Assembly (NCBI GenBank): GCA_964502225.1
Contig: CAZCUC010000006.1
Coordinates: 1-55,220 of the forward strand
Length of the DNA: 55,220 bases
Direction of reading: 5' to 3'
DNA from: an uncultured Pseudomonadales bacterium
GTDB lineage: Bacteria; Patescibacteriota; Microgenomatia; UBA1400; UBA12108
The notes under the pieces are model-generated. The model did no database searches and was not told the origin of the DNA. It saw only the letters and a program-made list of their open reading frames with translations. Position 1 is the stretch's first letter. Each line of letters begins with the position of its first letter. Of this stretch, positions 43,375 to 52,283 are shown one piece after another. A program made the translations under genes and the position numbers.

Positions 43375-44805
43375 ATGCACGAGAATCGATCTGGTCTAAA
43401 TATTTCGAAAATGGTAGATAGTACCAGCCTCGAGCTTATGGCAGCGAGAGAAATCGGAAAAATCAGTTTTGGGAAACATATTGAATCAACAGCTCTCGCA
43501 TTACAGACTAGAACTGATGGGTGGTTAGGGAGTAATTTCGCTACCTCATGGTCTGTCTTTGGTGAAAGAGATGGAAAACACCCAGAGATAGCTGAGAGTA
43601 GAAAAATGGATTTTTTAACAGACTGTGCACCTGAGGCGGCTGAAATTTTTCAACTAATGAAAGGGGAAGATTGGTTTCAAAAACTTGACTCTGATGAACT
43701 GGCTCACTTCAAGGATATCGCAGAACATGGGTATAGGAAAAATATTTTAGGATCTTTGATAGCCAAGGACCTTGGAGTGGAAAAACAAACAAAAGTAACA
43801 ATTCCTGCGGACTCAGCAAAGAGACTAGGGCTTGTACACAAAGCCATGTCTTATGACGCTGAGCGTCGAAATGTGGAGGATAGATTGCATCTCTTAACGC
43901 AGTTTATAGGTGAAAAGGGAATTGAGGGTGAGACAGTCCAGATTAGATCATTCAAAACCAATGAAATGGTCAGGAGAGCCGAGCAAATAATTGAGCGATC
44001 ACATGCTCGTAGAACAGCCGCGAGAGAATTGTTTGAACTGCCAGGGGAGCTTAAACAATCTGAGCAAGATCGCTCAAGAAACGTCGAACTCAACAAAATT
44101 TTCCCGAGCTTGATTGATAGCGCCTCTATGATAAGTGAAAAATCGAACCGTAGTCTGATGGCAAGGTTGGGAGTCACGCGTGATGATCGAGGTTCGTACG
44201 TCGTGACCATGGATCAAAAGCCGAACGACGGCAAGCACGCGATGCGGATGGTGCTTGATCAGAGAATCCGTAATAATCAAGTAAAGGAAGTAAATAACAA
44301 TATCGAGGAAGTTATTAAAGCCGGAAGATTAAAAGAGGATATTTTACAAGATGGTGCTGATTTACTCGTACTTAGAGCGATAGAAACTGATAGTGCGACA
44401 GACTGTGGAAGATTCTTCCAGGAAGAAGTGAGAAGAACAATTCTGAGGGAGAAAATGCATGAGTTAGTCTTAATTGGAGAGCATGATCCCCCCTCTTATC
44501 AAGATGAAACTGATAGAGAAGTTATGATAGGGGCTGGGAGGGCACTACAAGAAATGTACTTTATGGCGGAAGGGGTGCTCCGGACTATGGCCAGGATGGT
44601 TGATTCCGCCTTCACTATCAACTTTAAACCAGGTGGATTCATGCATAGAATCACTGGTTCATTGTCTGGCAAGATGAGAGGAATTGCTGACAATTTACTT
44701 GACTCCAACTTATCTGTACCAAAGATAGTCCCGCCAGGACGTGACCCTAGTCGATGGGGAGATAAACTGGCGATGCCTGACTTTTTTGCAGAATACGATC
44801 AATAG
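43375..44805 (+). CDS. Island family E protein, copy 1 (476 aa), function unknown
   Basis: Paralogous to 48471-49847. Shared blocks are DGKHAMRMVLDQRIRN / DGERAMHMVVNQRIRN, DCGRFFQEEVRR / DCGRVFQERVRR, and C-terminal MPDFFAEYDQ / MPDLFAEFEG. Confidence 0.65.
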   Translation: MHENRSGLNISKMVDSTSLELMAAREIGKISFGKHIESTALALQTRTDGWLGSNFATSWSVFGERDGKHPEIAESRKMDFLTDCAPEAAEIFQLMKGEDWFQKLDSDELAHFKDIAEHGYRKNILGSLIAKDLGVEKQTKVTIPADSAKRLGLVHKAMSYDAERRNVEDRLHLLTQFIGEKGIEGETVQIRSFKTNEMVRRAEQIIERSHARRTAARELFELPGELKQSEQDRSRNVELNKIFPSLIDSASMISEKSNRSLMARLGVTRDDRGSYVVTMDQKPNDGKHAMRMVLDQRIRNNQVKEVNNNIEEVIKAGRLKEDILQDGADLLVLRAIETDSATDCGRFFQEEVRRTILREKMHELVLIGEHDPPSYQDETDREVMIGAGRALQEMYFMAEGVLRTMARMVDSAFTINFKPGGFMHRITGSLSGKMRGIADNLLDSNLSVPKIVPPGRDPSRWGDKLAMPDFFAEYDQ

Positions 44806-44830
44806 TATAAGTATATAAGGGAGCAATATC

Positions 44831-44989
44831 ATGACCACAAAAAATGATGACAATATCCAAGAAGAACTTTTGGAGGCAAATCTTTTGTCTTCAAAAATAA
44901 AAACTGAACTCGCTCAGTCGAAAGCTCAAAACGACTATCTAGAGAAAATTGTAAAAAAGATGGAACAAGTAGTACTAGGAGGGAGATAA
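44831..44989 (+). CDS. 52-aa coiled-coil micro-protein, copy 1 (not in the ORF track)
   Basis: AAGGGAG SD 8 nt upstream. Translation MTTKNDDNIQEELLEANLLSSKIKTELAQSKAQNDYLEKIVKKMEQVVLGGR. It shares K(A/K)QNDYLE with 49850-50014. Its stop lies 1 nt before the next ATG. Confidence 0.6.
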   Translation: MTTKNDDNIQEELLEANLLSSKIKTELAQSKAQNDYLEKIVKKMEQVVLGGR

Positions 44990-44990
44990 T

Positions 44991-46463
44991 ATGGCAAATC
45001 ATCCAACGGCAGAATTCAATTACCCACTAGAGGACTATTCCTCCGATCTCATTGATAAAAGTCTGGGTCCAATTTTGTCCGACAAAGATGTGGTAAAGGG
45101 TTTCCAGCTGGGTAAAGCGAATGTAGATACTCGGAGCAAAGATAATATTATTAAGGCCGATTATCTCCGAGACTTAAAAAGTGCGGTTGAATCAGGTAAA
45201 TTAAGGGAAAAAACTCTCGAAAATGGGATTGTTGCAGACATTAGAGAAAAATGTATTGAGCTAAATCTGATTCTCGTGAAAGAGTACGGGTATGATTGGA
45301 ATGTACGCGCGCCAGAGACAGTGCTCATGAAGGCGTGGGAACTTGCTGAGGCAGTAAAACGTAGAGAAGTTCATGGTTATGATGTGAATCAAGAGCTTCG
45401 ACCGTACCTAGAGAAGCCACAATTTAATAAGGATGGCGGAGAAAGGATATATTTTCCAGAAGATAAAAACGAGAGAAGAAAATTATTGGGGAAAGCCAAA
45501 TATTATAATGAGGCGAGAATTGACGCTAGATCTAGAATGCTTGATATAGCAGATCTTGTAATAGATGATCGGGACTATGCTAATGGTTCGTATGATGCTG
45601 AATTACTTAGAATCCCACTTGCTGAAGCTTGGACTAGAGAGGATAAAGAAAGAGTAGACAATTGTGTGTATGAATTAGATTACTACGAACAAAGATTGAA
45701 GCTTAGCGAAGTAAATTCTCGAATCGAAAGAGGTGACGTTCCTGAGTTGGCCACTATCGCCGAGAAAATCCGAAGTATAGCCTATGTATCTGATGAAGAT
45801 GAATTGTTGCATGGGGTGGGGATAGGAGTTAATGGTAAGCAAGAGTATCAACTCAATTGGCCAGGTGGTGATGGCGGAGCTAATTTGCTTATTAAAGGTC
45901 GGATGGGACAATCTGAATTGATGCAAATTTGTCAGAGATGTGCAGAGGACATCCCTACTGGATCAGAGAAGAATGCTGATATTATGCTCATGAATGCGAT
46001 AGGCATGCAAGAATTGTCTGCCATGGAGGTAGCAGGTAAATCAATCATCGAGGGGGAGATCTATCGACAACGAGGAATTGAGTTAAATGAATCTATAACA
46101 GAAGATCGGGAGCGTTTTGATCAACATCTAAATAGAGTCAAAAGTGAGCCAGGAATGACAAAGGATCAGCTCGCTCAGTATATATATGAGGCAGCGCGTC
46201 AAATAAATGATGTGTTGTATAAAATTTCTGCATCGATGACTAATGCGATTAGGTTTGTAGCAATAGATAATGGTGGTAAATATCGGGGAGTAGCGGAGAA
46301 AGTATCGAGTTGGATAGATCGATTGTCGAGTTGGGGAGCTCCCAAGATGGACAAGTATTTAGCAAAAAAAACAAATATTGAACCAAGAAACTTGAGTGAG
46401 TCTGATGCGTCGCTCCAGAGAGGTCGGGTTAGTTTCAATTTACCTAGCATCGAGGAGGTTTAA
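44991..46463 (+). CDS. Island 490-aa protein, possibly a divergent family E member
   Basis: GGAGGGAG SD upstream. The GVGIGVNGKQEYQLNWPGGDGGANLLIKGRMG block resembles LGVGRDEDGHWSFNSIIPGTDGERAMHMVVNQRI in the E copies. The similarity is weak and judged by eye. Confidence 0.6.
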   Translation: MANHPTAEFNYPLEDYSSDLIDKSLGPILSDKDVVKGFQLGKANVDTRSKDNIIKADYLRDLKSAVESGKLREKTLENGIVADIREKCIELNLILVKEYGYDWNVRAPETVLMKAWELAEAVKRREVHGYDVNQELRPYLEKPQFNKDGGERIYFPEDKNERRKLLGKAKYYNEARIDARSRMLDIADLVIDDRDYANGSYDAELLRIPLAEAWTREDKERVDNCVYELDYYEQRLKLSEVNSRIERGDVPELATIAEKIRSIAYVSDEDELLHGVGIGVNGKQEYQLNWPGGDGGANLLIKGRMGQSELMQICQRCAEDIPTGSEKNADIMLMNAIGMQELSAMEVAGKSIIEGEIYRQRGIELNESITEDRERFDQHLNRVKSEPGMTKDQLAQYIYEAARQINDVLYKISASMTNAIRFVAIDNGGKYRGVAEKVSSWIDRLSSWGAPKMDKYLAKKTNIEPRNLSESDASLQRGRVSFNLPSIEEV

Positions 46464-46466
46464 TTT

Positions 46467-46640
46467 ATGAATAAAATTACGAATGATGACGTAGTAAGCA
46501 CGGATCAAATAATTGGAGGAATGGATAGTGCACTAAATACTCTCGAAGAAATGGAGAGAATGATTGAGCTGAAGAAAAAGAACAACGCAACTCTTGCCAA
46601 GATGGTCGATGAGTTGAGTGATGAAGATAGTGACAGATAA
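46467..46640 (+). CDS. 57-aa coiled-coil micro-protein, copy 2 (not in the ORF track)
   Basis: GAGGAGG SD within the end of the upstream gene. Translation MNKITNDDVVSTDQIIGGMDSALNTLEEMERMIELKKKNNATLAKMVDELSDEDSDR. Confidence 0.55.
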   Translation: MNKITNDDVVSTDQIIGGMDSALNTLEEMERMIELKKKNNATLAKMVDELSDEDSDR

Positions 46641-46672
46641 TGGTATGACTTAATAAGTTTGGTATCAACTTA

Positions 46673-47299
46673 TCATGCCAGTAGACGAGGGATGTGAGTG
46701 GAAACTGAGTTTAATCTGCCTTGTTTATTGAGAGCCAAGACGGCAAGAAGCCGACGGGCGTAAAAAGAAGTTCCGTCGAAGATGGTGTTTTCGTCCGTTT
46801 CGAGAAAGCCGTGGATGATTTGAGGTTTCGATATCATGGGATTTCGATGAATCTGGTATGGCTCCTTGATCAAGTAGATACCAGGGCTGTAATGGAGATG
46901 GGGAGTATTTAGACTAAGATTTTTTGGTATAACGATGCCTTTTGCGTGTGAGTACACATAAGAGTATCCAGGCGAGTATTCGGCGTCTACACCTTGCCCG
47001 CTTAGTGCAAAATGGCTATATGAGTCTGATTGATTCAAGATAAAAAGTTCACTTGTTGCATGTTCCACAAGAGATCTGGCATTGTCTTTGCTCAGGTCAC
47101 CCCACCAAATTTTGACTCCAAATTCGTTATATATTGAACTATTTGGGCTCGTGACAAGCTCGGAAGATGATCGTACTTGCTGACCATCGCGAAACCCTAA
47201 AGCCTGTAGACTTTCCCAAGTGTCTGCTGATGCTTGCGATGTAACTGGTGGATAGTCTGGCGCGAATTTTTTCCGTAAATAGTCAAATGATCTTCTCAT
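46673..47299 (-). CDS. Hypothetical protein (island)
   Basis: 208-aa ORF on the opposite strand, between the two plus-strand modules. Confidence 0.5.
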   Translation of the reverse strand: MRRSFDYLRKKFAPDYPPVTSQASADTWESLQALGFRDGQQVRSSSELVTSPNSSIYNEFGVKIWWGDLSKDNARSLVEHATSELFILNQSDSYSHFALSGQGVDAEYSPGYSYVYSHAKGIVIPKNLSLNTPHLHYSPGIYLIKEPYQIHRNPMISKPQIIHGFLETDENTIFDGTSFYARRLLAVLALNKQGRLNSVSTHIPRLLA

Positions 47300-47360
47300 G
47301 TTTTTATCTTAACATCTAGGCATGGGTAGGTGCGACTACTTTTAATGATATATTATTGGT

Positions 47361-48449
47361 ATGCCTGAGAGTAAAGCAAATAATTTTCTTTTTGCACCAC
47401 TAGAAAAATCTTTGGAGAATGTTGTAGAAAAAAAGCCGTCAAAATTTGAGAATTCCATGGTTCGAATCGAAACAGCGCTAAAAAAGCTACTTAAGTTGAG
47501 AGATAGCGATTTTATAGAGCGGAAAAGGAAGCGGGAGGAAGTGGAAGGCAAGGTAGATTTGGATAAGAGCCTAGTCAACAAACTTGAGATTCCCTCAGCA
47601 GCAGTTGAATTACCTACAAAGATAACTACTGACGCGAGAGAGGATTTTAAGAAAACTTTCCCAAAGTGGGCGGCTGAAATTGAGCGAACTCCAGTGAAAT
47701 ATATGGTCGGGTATAACAAACTCACAGATGACGATAAGAAAAACTTTTTTGAATTGCTAACAGAAAAAGGGACACTAATGGGAGAAGCGTATCCATTTTA
47801 CGAACTACTAACTCAAAAGTTATCCGAAAAGGCCGCATCATCACACAAGGGGGCTTGGGGGAAAATATTTGGATTTATGGCCAAGGCAACTGGATGGATG
47901 TCATATAGGTTGGATATGCCAGTAGCAAGAGAGTGGAATAACGTAGAATCTCATCTGACGGCTGTGTATGGCAAAGAAAGAACGACCGAGTTGATCGAAG
48001 ACTTATATTTTGGTGATAAGGATGAATACCAGGGATTTTTACAGGCATGTGAGATGGCCAAGCTTGATTTTGTGGGAATGTCAGAGAGAGCTAAGACGCA
48101 CTCATGGTATACCAACACGCTGTACAAAAGAATTATCGAAAATCCAAAAATCCTCAACAATCCGCTGGTAGTTGGAGGATTAAACTTACCTGGGAAAATA
48201 CATGACGTCTCGACCCTAATGATTACCGCTACCACTCTAGGAGTAGGTTCAGCTATTGCAACTGCTGGAGCGCTTATCAACACTGCTCCCCTAGATTATC
48301 TTATGACCAACCTGGCACTAGGAGGACTTGCTGGTATTGCAGCAGTAGGTATAGGTATGGGAGGGATTGGTATTATGTTTCACGAATTGACGCATATATA
48401 CGGGGGCAATTTTCGGAGGAAGTTGCGGGAAATAGGTGAGAAAAAGTAA
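47361..48449 (+). CDS. Island protein with a helical N-terminal half and a Gly-rich C-terminal membrane domain
   Basis: TGaTATATT (47346-47354) lies 6 nt before the ATG. C-terminus TLGVGSAIATAGALINTAP...LALGGLAGIAAVGIGMGGIGIMFHELTH. Confidence 0.6.
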   Translation: MPESKANNFLFAPLEKSLENVVEKKPSKFENSMVRIETALKKLLKLRDSDFIERKRKREEVEGKVDLDKSLVNKLEIPSAAVELPTKITTDAREDFKKTFPKWAAEIERTPVKYMVGYNKLTDDDKKNFFELLTEKGTLMGEAYPFYELLTQKLSEKAASSHKGAWGKIFGFMAKATGWMSYRLDMPVAREWNNVESHLTAVYGKERTTELIEDLYFGDKDEYQGFLQACEMAKLDFVGMSERAKTHSWYTNTLYKRIIENPKILNNPLVVGGLNLPGKIHDVSTLMITATTLGVGSAIATAGALINTAPLDYLMTNLALGGLAGIAAVGIGMGGIGIMFHELTHIYGGNFRRKLREIGEKK

Positions 48450-48470
48450 TAATTGCGGTATTATGTAACT

Positions 48471-49847
48471 ATGGCAGAGAAAGGTAGAGAGTTACTTAGT
48501 CAAGGGAAGTCTAGTGAACTGAGTTTTCGGTTGGCGACAGAGGGTGTACAAGTAAACAAGAAAGTTGCGAGAAGTGAGATAGACAGGGTTGGTGAGTTAA
48601 GCTCTGGTATGGATATAGCTTTCCAAAATTTGTGGGAAGACAAGTTTAATACGGCTTACGGTGCCTTTAACGCTACGGCAGATATTCTCAAAGAAAAGGA
48701 AGATTTACGTGGTTTTGTTGATCAAGTAGCTCCAGAAGCAGTATCAATGATGGTGACAGCCTACGGAAAGGAATGGTGGAAAGGTATAGATGCTGAGGAT
48801 CTCATCTTTGTCCAAGACATTGCTGAGAGCAATTATCGCCGCGATAAATTAGCAGAAAATATCACGGATCAGTTAGATTGGAAAGAAGATGGTATCCCTA
48901 CCTTGAAGTCGGGACATGTGGACAAGCTAAGATTGCTTCATACTGTGCTCGCATATGATGATGCTGGATCGGATAGTCGGATGGTCTTACGCTACTTTGC
49001 TGAACGAATGAAGTATAAAAATACTGCCAGCAATCCTCATGTTGCACTGGATAAAATGGGCGTGGCCACAGATCGGGTCAGGAAAATGTTTGAGTGGGAA
49101 GGCGAGGCAACTAGTGAGGAGGGGATGAACCAAGAATTGGCTTCAATATTTGGCGACGTTCTAAATAATGCTAATATGTTAGATGATCAGGGACGAGCGC
49201 AAGTTGCAAGTAAACTGGGAGTAGGACGTGACGAAGATGGGCACTGGTCATTCAACAGCATTATTCCCGGTACGGATGGTGAGCGGGCAATGCATATGGT
49301 TGTAAATCAAAGAATACGCAATAAAGGAATAAGAGAGAATAACCAAAAACTTAGAGAGGTTTTGAAGAAGGATGGCCCCGAAAAGGTAGAGCTGATGAAG
49401 TATGGTATGGACGAGCTTGTACTCGACTTATTTACTCAGGAAACGGCATTGGACTGCGGAAGGGTTTTCCAGGAGAGAGTGCGTAGAGTGATCATTGACG
49501 AACGGATTAAAGAAATACGATCTTTGGATGAACGGCGATCTCTACATACCGTAGCGAGTGAAAGAATATTCCAGACTATCACCAAGGTAGGGGCGGAGAT
49601 AGCCTATTTTGTGCAAGATATTACAAAAATGATGGCAGAGGCAGGTAATAGCTTGCTGGATCGGGTAAGTAAGGGGGGATTTTTGGAAAAGGTGATTGGG
49701 ACAGCAAGCAGGGGATGGCAGAATGTTTCTGAGGTTGCAAAAGATATGACGGATGATATCCCGAGTGATTTTCCTGATTTGAGGCGTCGTAGACAACGGA
49801 GGGGACCACTGGATATGCCAGATTTATTTGCAGAGTTTGAGGGCTAG
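48471..49847 (+). CDS. Island family E protein, copy 2 (458 aa), function unknown
   Basis: Paralogue of 43375-44805 (see the shared blocks listed there). Start set at ATG 48471; the track uses TTG 48453. Confidence 0.65.
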   Translation: MAEKGRELLSQGKSSELSFRLATEGVQVNKKVARSEIDRVGELSSGMDIAFQNLWEDKFNTAYGAFNATADILKEKEDLRGFVDQVAPEAVSMMVTAYGKEWWKGIDAEDLIFVQDIAESNYRRDKLAENITDQLDWKEDGIPTLKSGHVDKLRLLHTVLAYDDAGSDSRMVLRYFAERMKYKNTASNPHVALDKMGVATDRVRKMFEWEGEATSEEGMNQELASIFGDVLNNANMLDDQGRAQVASKLGVGRDEDGHWSFNSIIPGTDGERAMHMVVNQRIRNKGIRENNQKLREVLKKDGPEKVELMKYGMDELVLDLFTQETALDCGRVFQERVRRVIIDERIKEIRSLDERRSLHTVASERIFQTITKVGAEIAYFVQDITKMMAEAGNSLLDRVSKGGFLEKVIGTASRGWQNVSEVAKDMTDDIPSDFPDLRRRRQRRGPLDMPDLFAEFEG

Positions 49848-49849
49848 AT

Positions 49850-50014
49850 ATGGTTAAAATTAAAGTAGATCCAAAGAATACGCGCTCATTGCTAGTTGAG
49901 GCGTTAGGAGTCAACGAGCAGGTGAAGGAAGAGTTAAGACAACTAAAGAAGCAAAACGATTACTTGGAGAGCTTGCTGGGTACTGCTGAGGAAAATTTGC
50001 TGAAAGATAGGTAA
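49850..50014 (+). CDS. 54-aa coiled-coil micro-protein, copy 3 (not in the ORF track)
   Basis: The ATG lies 2 nt after the upstream stop. Translation MVKIKVDPKNTRSLLVEALGVNEQVKEELRQLKKQNDYLESLLGTAEENLLKDR. Confidence 0.6.
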   Translation: MVKIKVDPKNTRSLLVEALGVNEQVKEELRQLKKQNDYLESLLGTAEENLLKDR

Positions 50015-50116
50015 AATTAATAATTATCGTAATTTAATGTTCTAAATAACTTTGCTTGTATGATTTTGAAAGCCTTGGGGAGTGTGAGACTCCCAAGTAG
50101 TTGGTCTACCTACTGT

Positions 50117-50815
50117 TTACAACGATTGGCCTGAGAGATCTTTAAGAAACCAGCGTGCCTCTGACAATGGTGCCGCGCCTACATTGCCTCCATCAGGACC
50201 CATCATCATGTGGGTAATATCTGTTTCATGCACTAGGAATGCATTGAGCGAACGGGTATCTGCAAGTCGCCCAAGGAAAATATTACATAAGGAAAGTTGC
50301 TTTTCTTGAGGCAAGGCATCTACGTTGGTAAATATTACGGTTTGAAATTTGACGCTTTCTCTCTGCTTCATTTGAGCTAGAGTTGCTCTAGCTTCAACAA
50401 TATTCAGTGGATCTTTGCGATTTGGCGGTTTTATGCTATAGAGCGTAGCGAAATCATTGATTACTTTATCTACAACTGCGACAATCCAAGGATATTTGTC
50501 ATCATCAGTTTTTGTCAGGTCTTTACAGTTGATGATAATCAAAGCCGGCGATATGTCTCGGTTGATATCACCAGAAATTAGATCGTTTAATCGAGCTCTA
50601 GCGGTTGAGAAGCTTTTGACTTTAGGAGGGTGTTGTTCGCGTAGCATGGTTGCATAGGCGGCAGCGACTCGGGCAGATTCTGTTGCTGACTTCGATTCCA
50701 TTTTGAGACTGTAGTTACGGCCGTCATAGAGAAACATTCTCATGGCATCTGCCTCTACTCCTCTTAGTTGTTCTGCTGCTAGTTCTGCTGGGTGAATTTC
50801 TTTTTTGGTTGTCAT
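50117..50815 (-). CDS. Hypothetical protein (island edge, directly downstream of rplA)
   Basis: 232-aa ORF. A TATAAT box (50828-50823, minus strand) lies 7 nt before the ATG at 50815. Confidence 0.55.
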   Translation of the reverse strand: MTTKKEIHPAELAAEQLRGVEADAMRMFLYDGRNYSLKMESKSATESARVAAAYATMLREQHPPKVKSFSTARARLNDLISGDINRDISPALIIINCKDLTKTDDDKYPWIVAVVDKVINDFATLYSIKPPNRKDPLNIVEARATLAQMKQRESVKFQTVIFTNVDALPQEKQLSLCNIFLGRLADTRSLNAFLVHETDITHMMMGPDGGNVGAAPLSEARWFLKDLSGQSL

Positions 50816-50841
50816 GCCAGGTTATTATATACTCTTGAGGT

Positions 50842-51774
50842 TTAGCTTAGTTGTAGCTTAATACCTGGTGACATCGTGCTGGCCAGCGTGGCCTTGGTGA
50901 CGTTTTTGAGTTTGACGGCCTCAAGGAGAGCCTTGATATTGGCGACCAATTCTTCTTCTTTTTGGTCGATCTTGCCCACAGTCACGTGCATGAGAGGGAA
51001 TTTGGCTTCGGCTTTGACGACAGTTTTGCCTGCCTCAAATTCTTTGGCTTTTTTCTCTGGATCGGGGGTGACAGTGCCAGCCTTGGGCGATGGCATGAGA
51101 CCTTTGGGACCGAGGACTTTGGCGTACTTGGCTAGCTTGGGCATGAAAGCGGGGGAGGTGACCAAGATGTCGAACTCGATTTTGCCTTTCTCAATATCTT
51201 TGAGGAGCTCATCGGAGACGATGGCGACACGTTTGGCGGCTCCGGCCATGTGAGGGAAAGTGAGCTCGACCCGAGTAGGTGTATCTTTGGTCACTAGATT
51301 CAAGTGGAGGGTGACGGTCGAGGTAAACTTGGTGATGTTGCCTGATTTGACTAGTTTGACCGCTTCGGTGATCTCGTATTTCTTTTGTGGATCGACTTTG
51401 GATTTGGCGGCGCGGATAGCCTTGCCATTTTTGAAATCGTGGCGCTTGTTGGCTGGGCGGGGACCGACGGCTTCGATAGCCTCGTCGCCTGAGTGATCGT
51501 GGGACTCAACTGTTTCAGTGGAGGTTGATTCTAAAACTGGAGCAGTTAAATCGGGGGAATATTTGGCTCTGATTTCCTCGAGACCATTTTCGGTGATGCC
51601 CTGGATGGCAGTGATGTCGCCGTCGGTCATGTTGGTGAGTTGCTCTGGTTTGACGCGAGCGAGACGCAAGGCTTCGGCCACGTTTGGAGCGAGGTCAGTG
51701 TAGAGCTCTTCCCATTTGGTCATGGATTTTTGTTTCTTGGGGGCAACGGAGGTGCTATCTTTTCTTTTTCCCAT
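50842..51774 (-). CDS. rplA: 50S ribosomal protein L1 with an N-terminal extension of about 100 aa
   Basis: The L1 core runs from about KSKVDPQKKYEITEAVKLVK...PKGLMPSPKAGTVT...VGKIDQKEEELVANI. It is preceded by a Lys-rich tail and an HhH-like segment, LTNMTDGDITAIQGITENGLEEIRAKY. Confidence 0.9.
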   Translation of the reverse strand: MGKRKDSTSVAPKKQKSMTKWEELYTDLAPNVAEALRLARVKPEQLTNMTDGDITAIQGITENGLEEIRAKYSPDLTAPVLESTSTETVESHDHSGDEAIEAVGPRPANKRHDFKNGKAIRAAKSKVDPQKKYEITEAVKLVKSGNITKFTSTVTLHLNLVTKDTPTRVELTFPHMAGAAKRVAIVSDELLKDIEKGKIEFDILVTSPAFMPKLAKYAKVLGPKGLMPSPKAGTVTPDPEKKAKEFEAGKTVVKAEAKFPLMHVTVGKIDQKEEELVANIKALLEAVKLKNVTKATLASTMSPGIKLQLS

Positions 51775-51833
51775 ATTTTGTTTCTCCTTAAGAATTCGGC
51801 ACTGCCGAGCTCAAGTAATAATGAATTAAATAT

Positions 51834-52262
51834 TTACTTTTCAATTTCGACACCCATAGAGCGGGCGGTACCAGCGACCGAGCGCATAGCGGACTCGATA
51901 GAAGTGGTGTTTAAATCAGGTAACTTGTCGGTGGCGATCTTTTTGAGCTGGGCCTGGGTAAGCTTGCCTACCTTGGTTTTGTTTGGTACGCCTGAGCCGA
52001 GCTTGAGCTTGAGCTCTTGCTTGATCATCTCAGAAACGGGAGGGAGTTTGATGACAAAGGTGAAAGTGCGGTCCTCGTAGATCGTGATCTCAGCAGGAGT
52101 TTTTTGACCTTTTTTATCCTGGGTAGCTTTGTTATATTGGTTGACAAACTCCATGATGTTGACACCATGCTGACCAAGAGCTGGACCGATTGGAGGGGCA
52201 GGAGTGGCGGCCCCGCCCATAGGGAAGACTTTGATGACTGTTTTGATTTTTTTCTTGGCCAT
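51834..52262 (-). CDS. rplK: 50S ribosomal protein L11
   Basis: [29 protein letters not shown], plus the C-terminal [15 protein letters not shown]. Confidence 0.96.
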   Translation of the reverse strand: MAKKKIKTVIKVFPMGGAATPAPPIGPALGQHGVNIMEFVNQYNKATQDKKGQKTPAEITIYEDRTFTFVIKLPPVSEMIKQELKLKLGSGVPNKTKVGKLTQAQLKKIATDKLPDLNTTSIESAMRSVAGTARSMGVEIEK

Positions 52263-52283
52263 ATAGATTCGCTTTCGCTCACA

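Noticed and set aside
48380-48400. HExxH (HELTH) zinc-protease-like motif at the C-terminus of the 362-aa island protein
   Set aside because: It is a five-residue motif at the end of a Gly-rich hydrophobic segment, with no third ligand or Met-turn context visible. It is likely fortuitous and would need a profile search.
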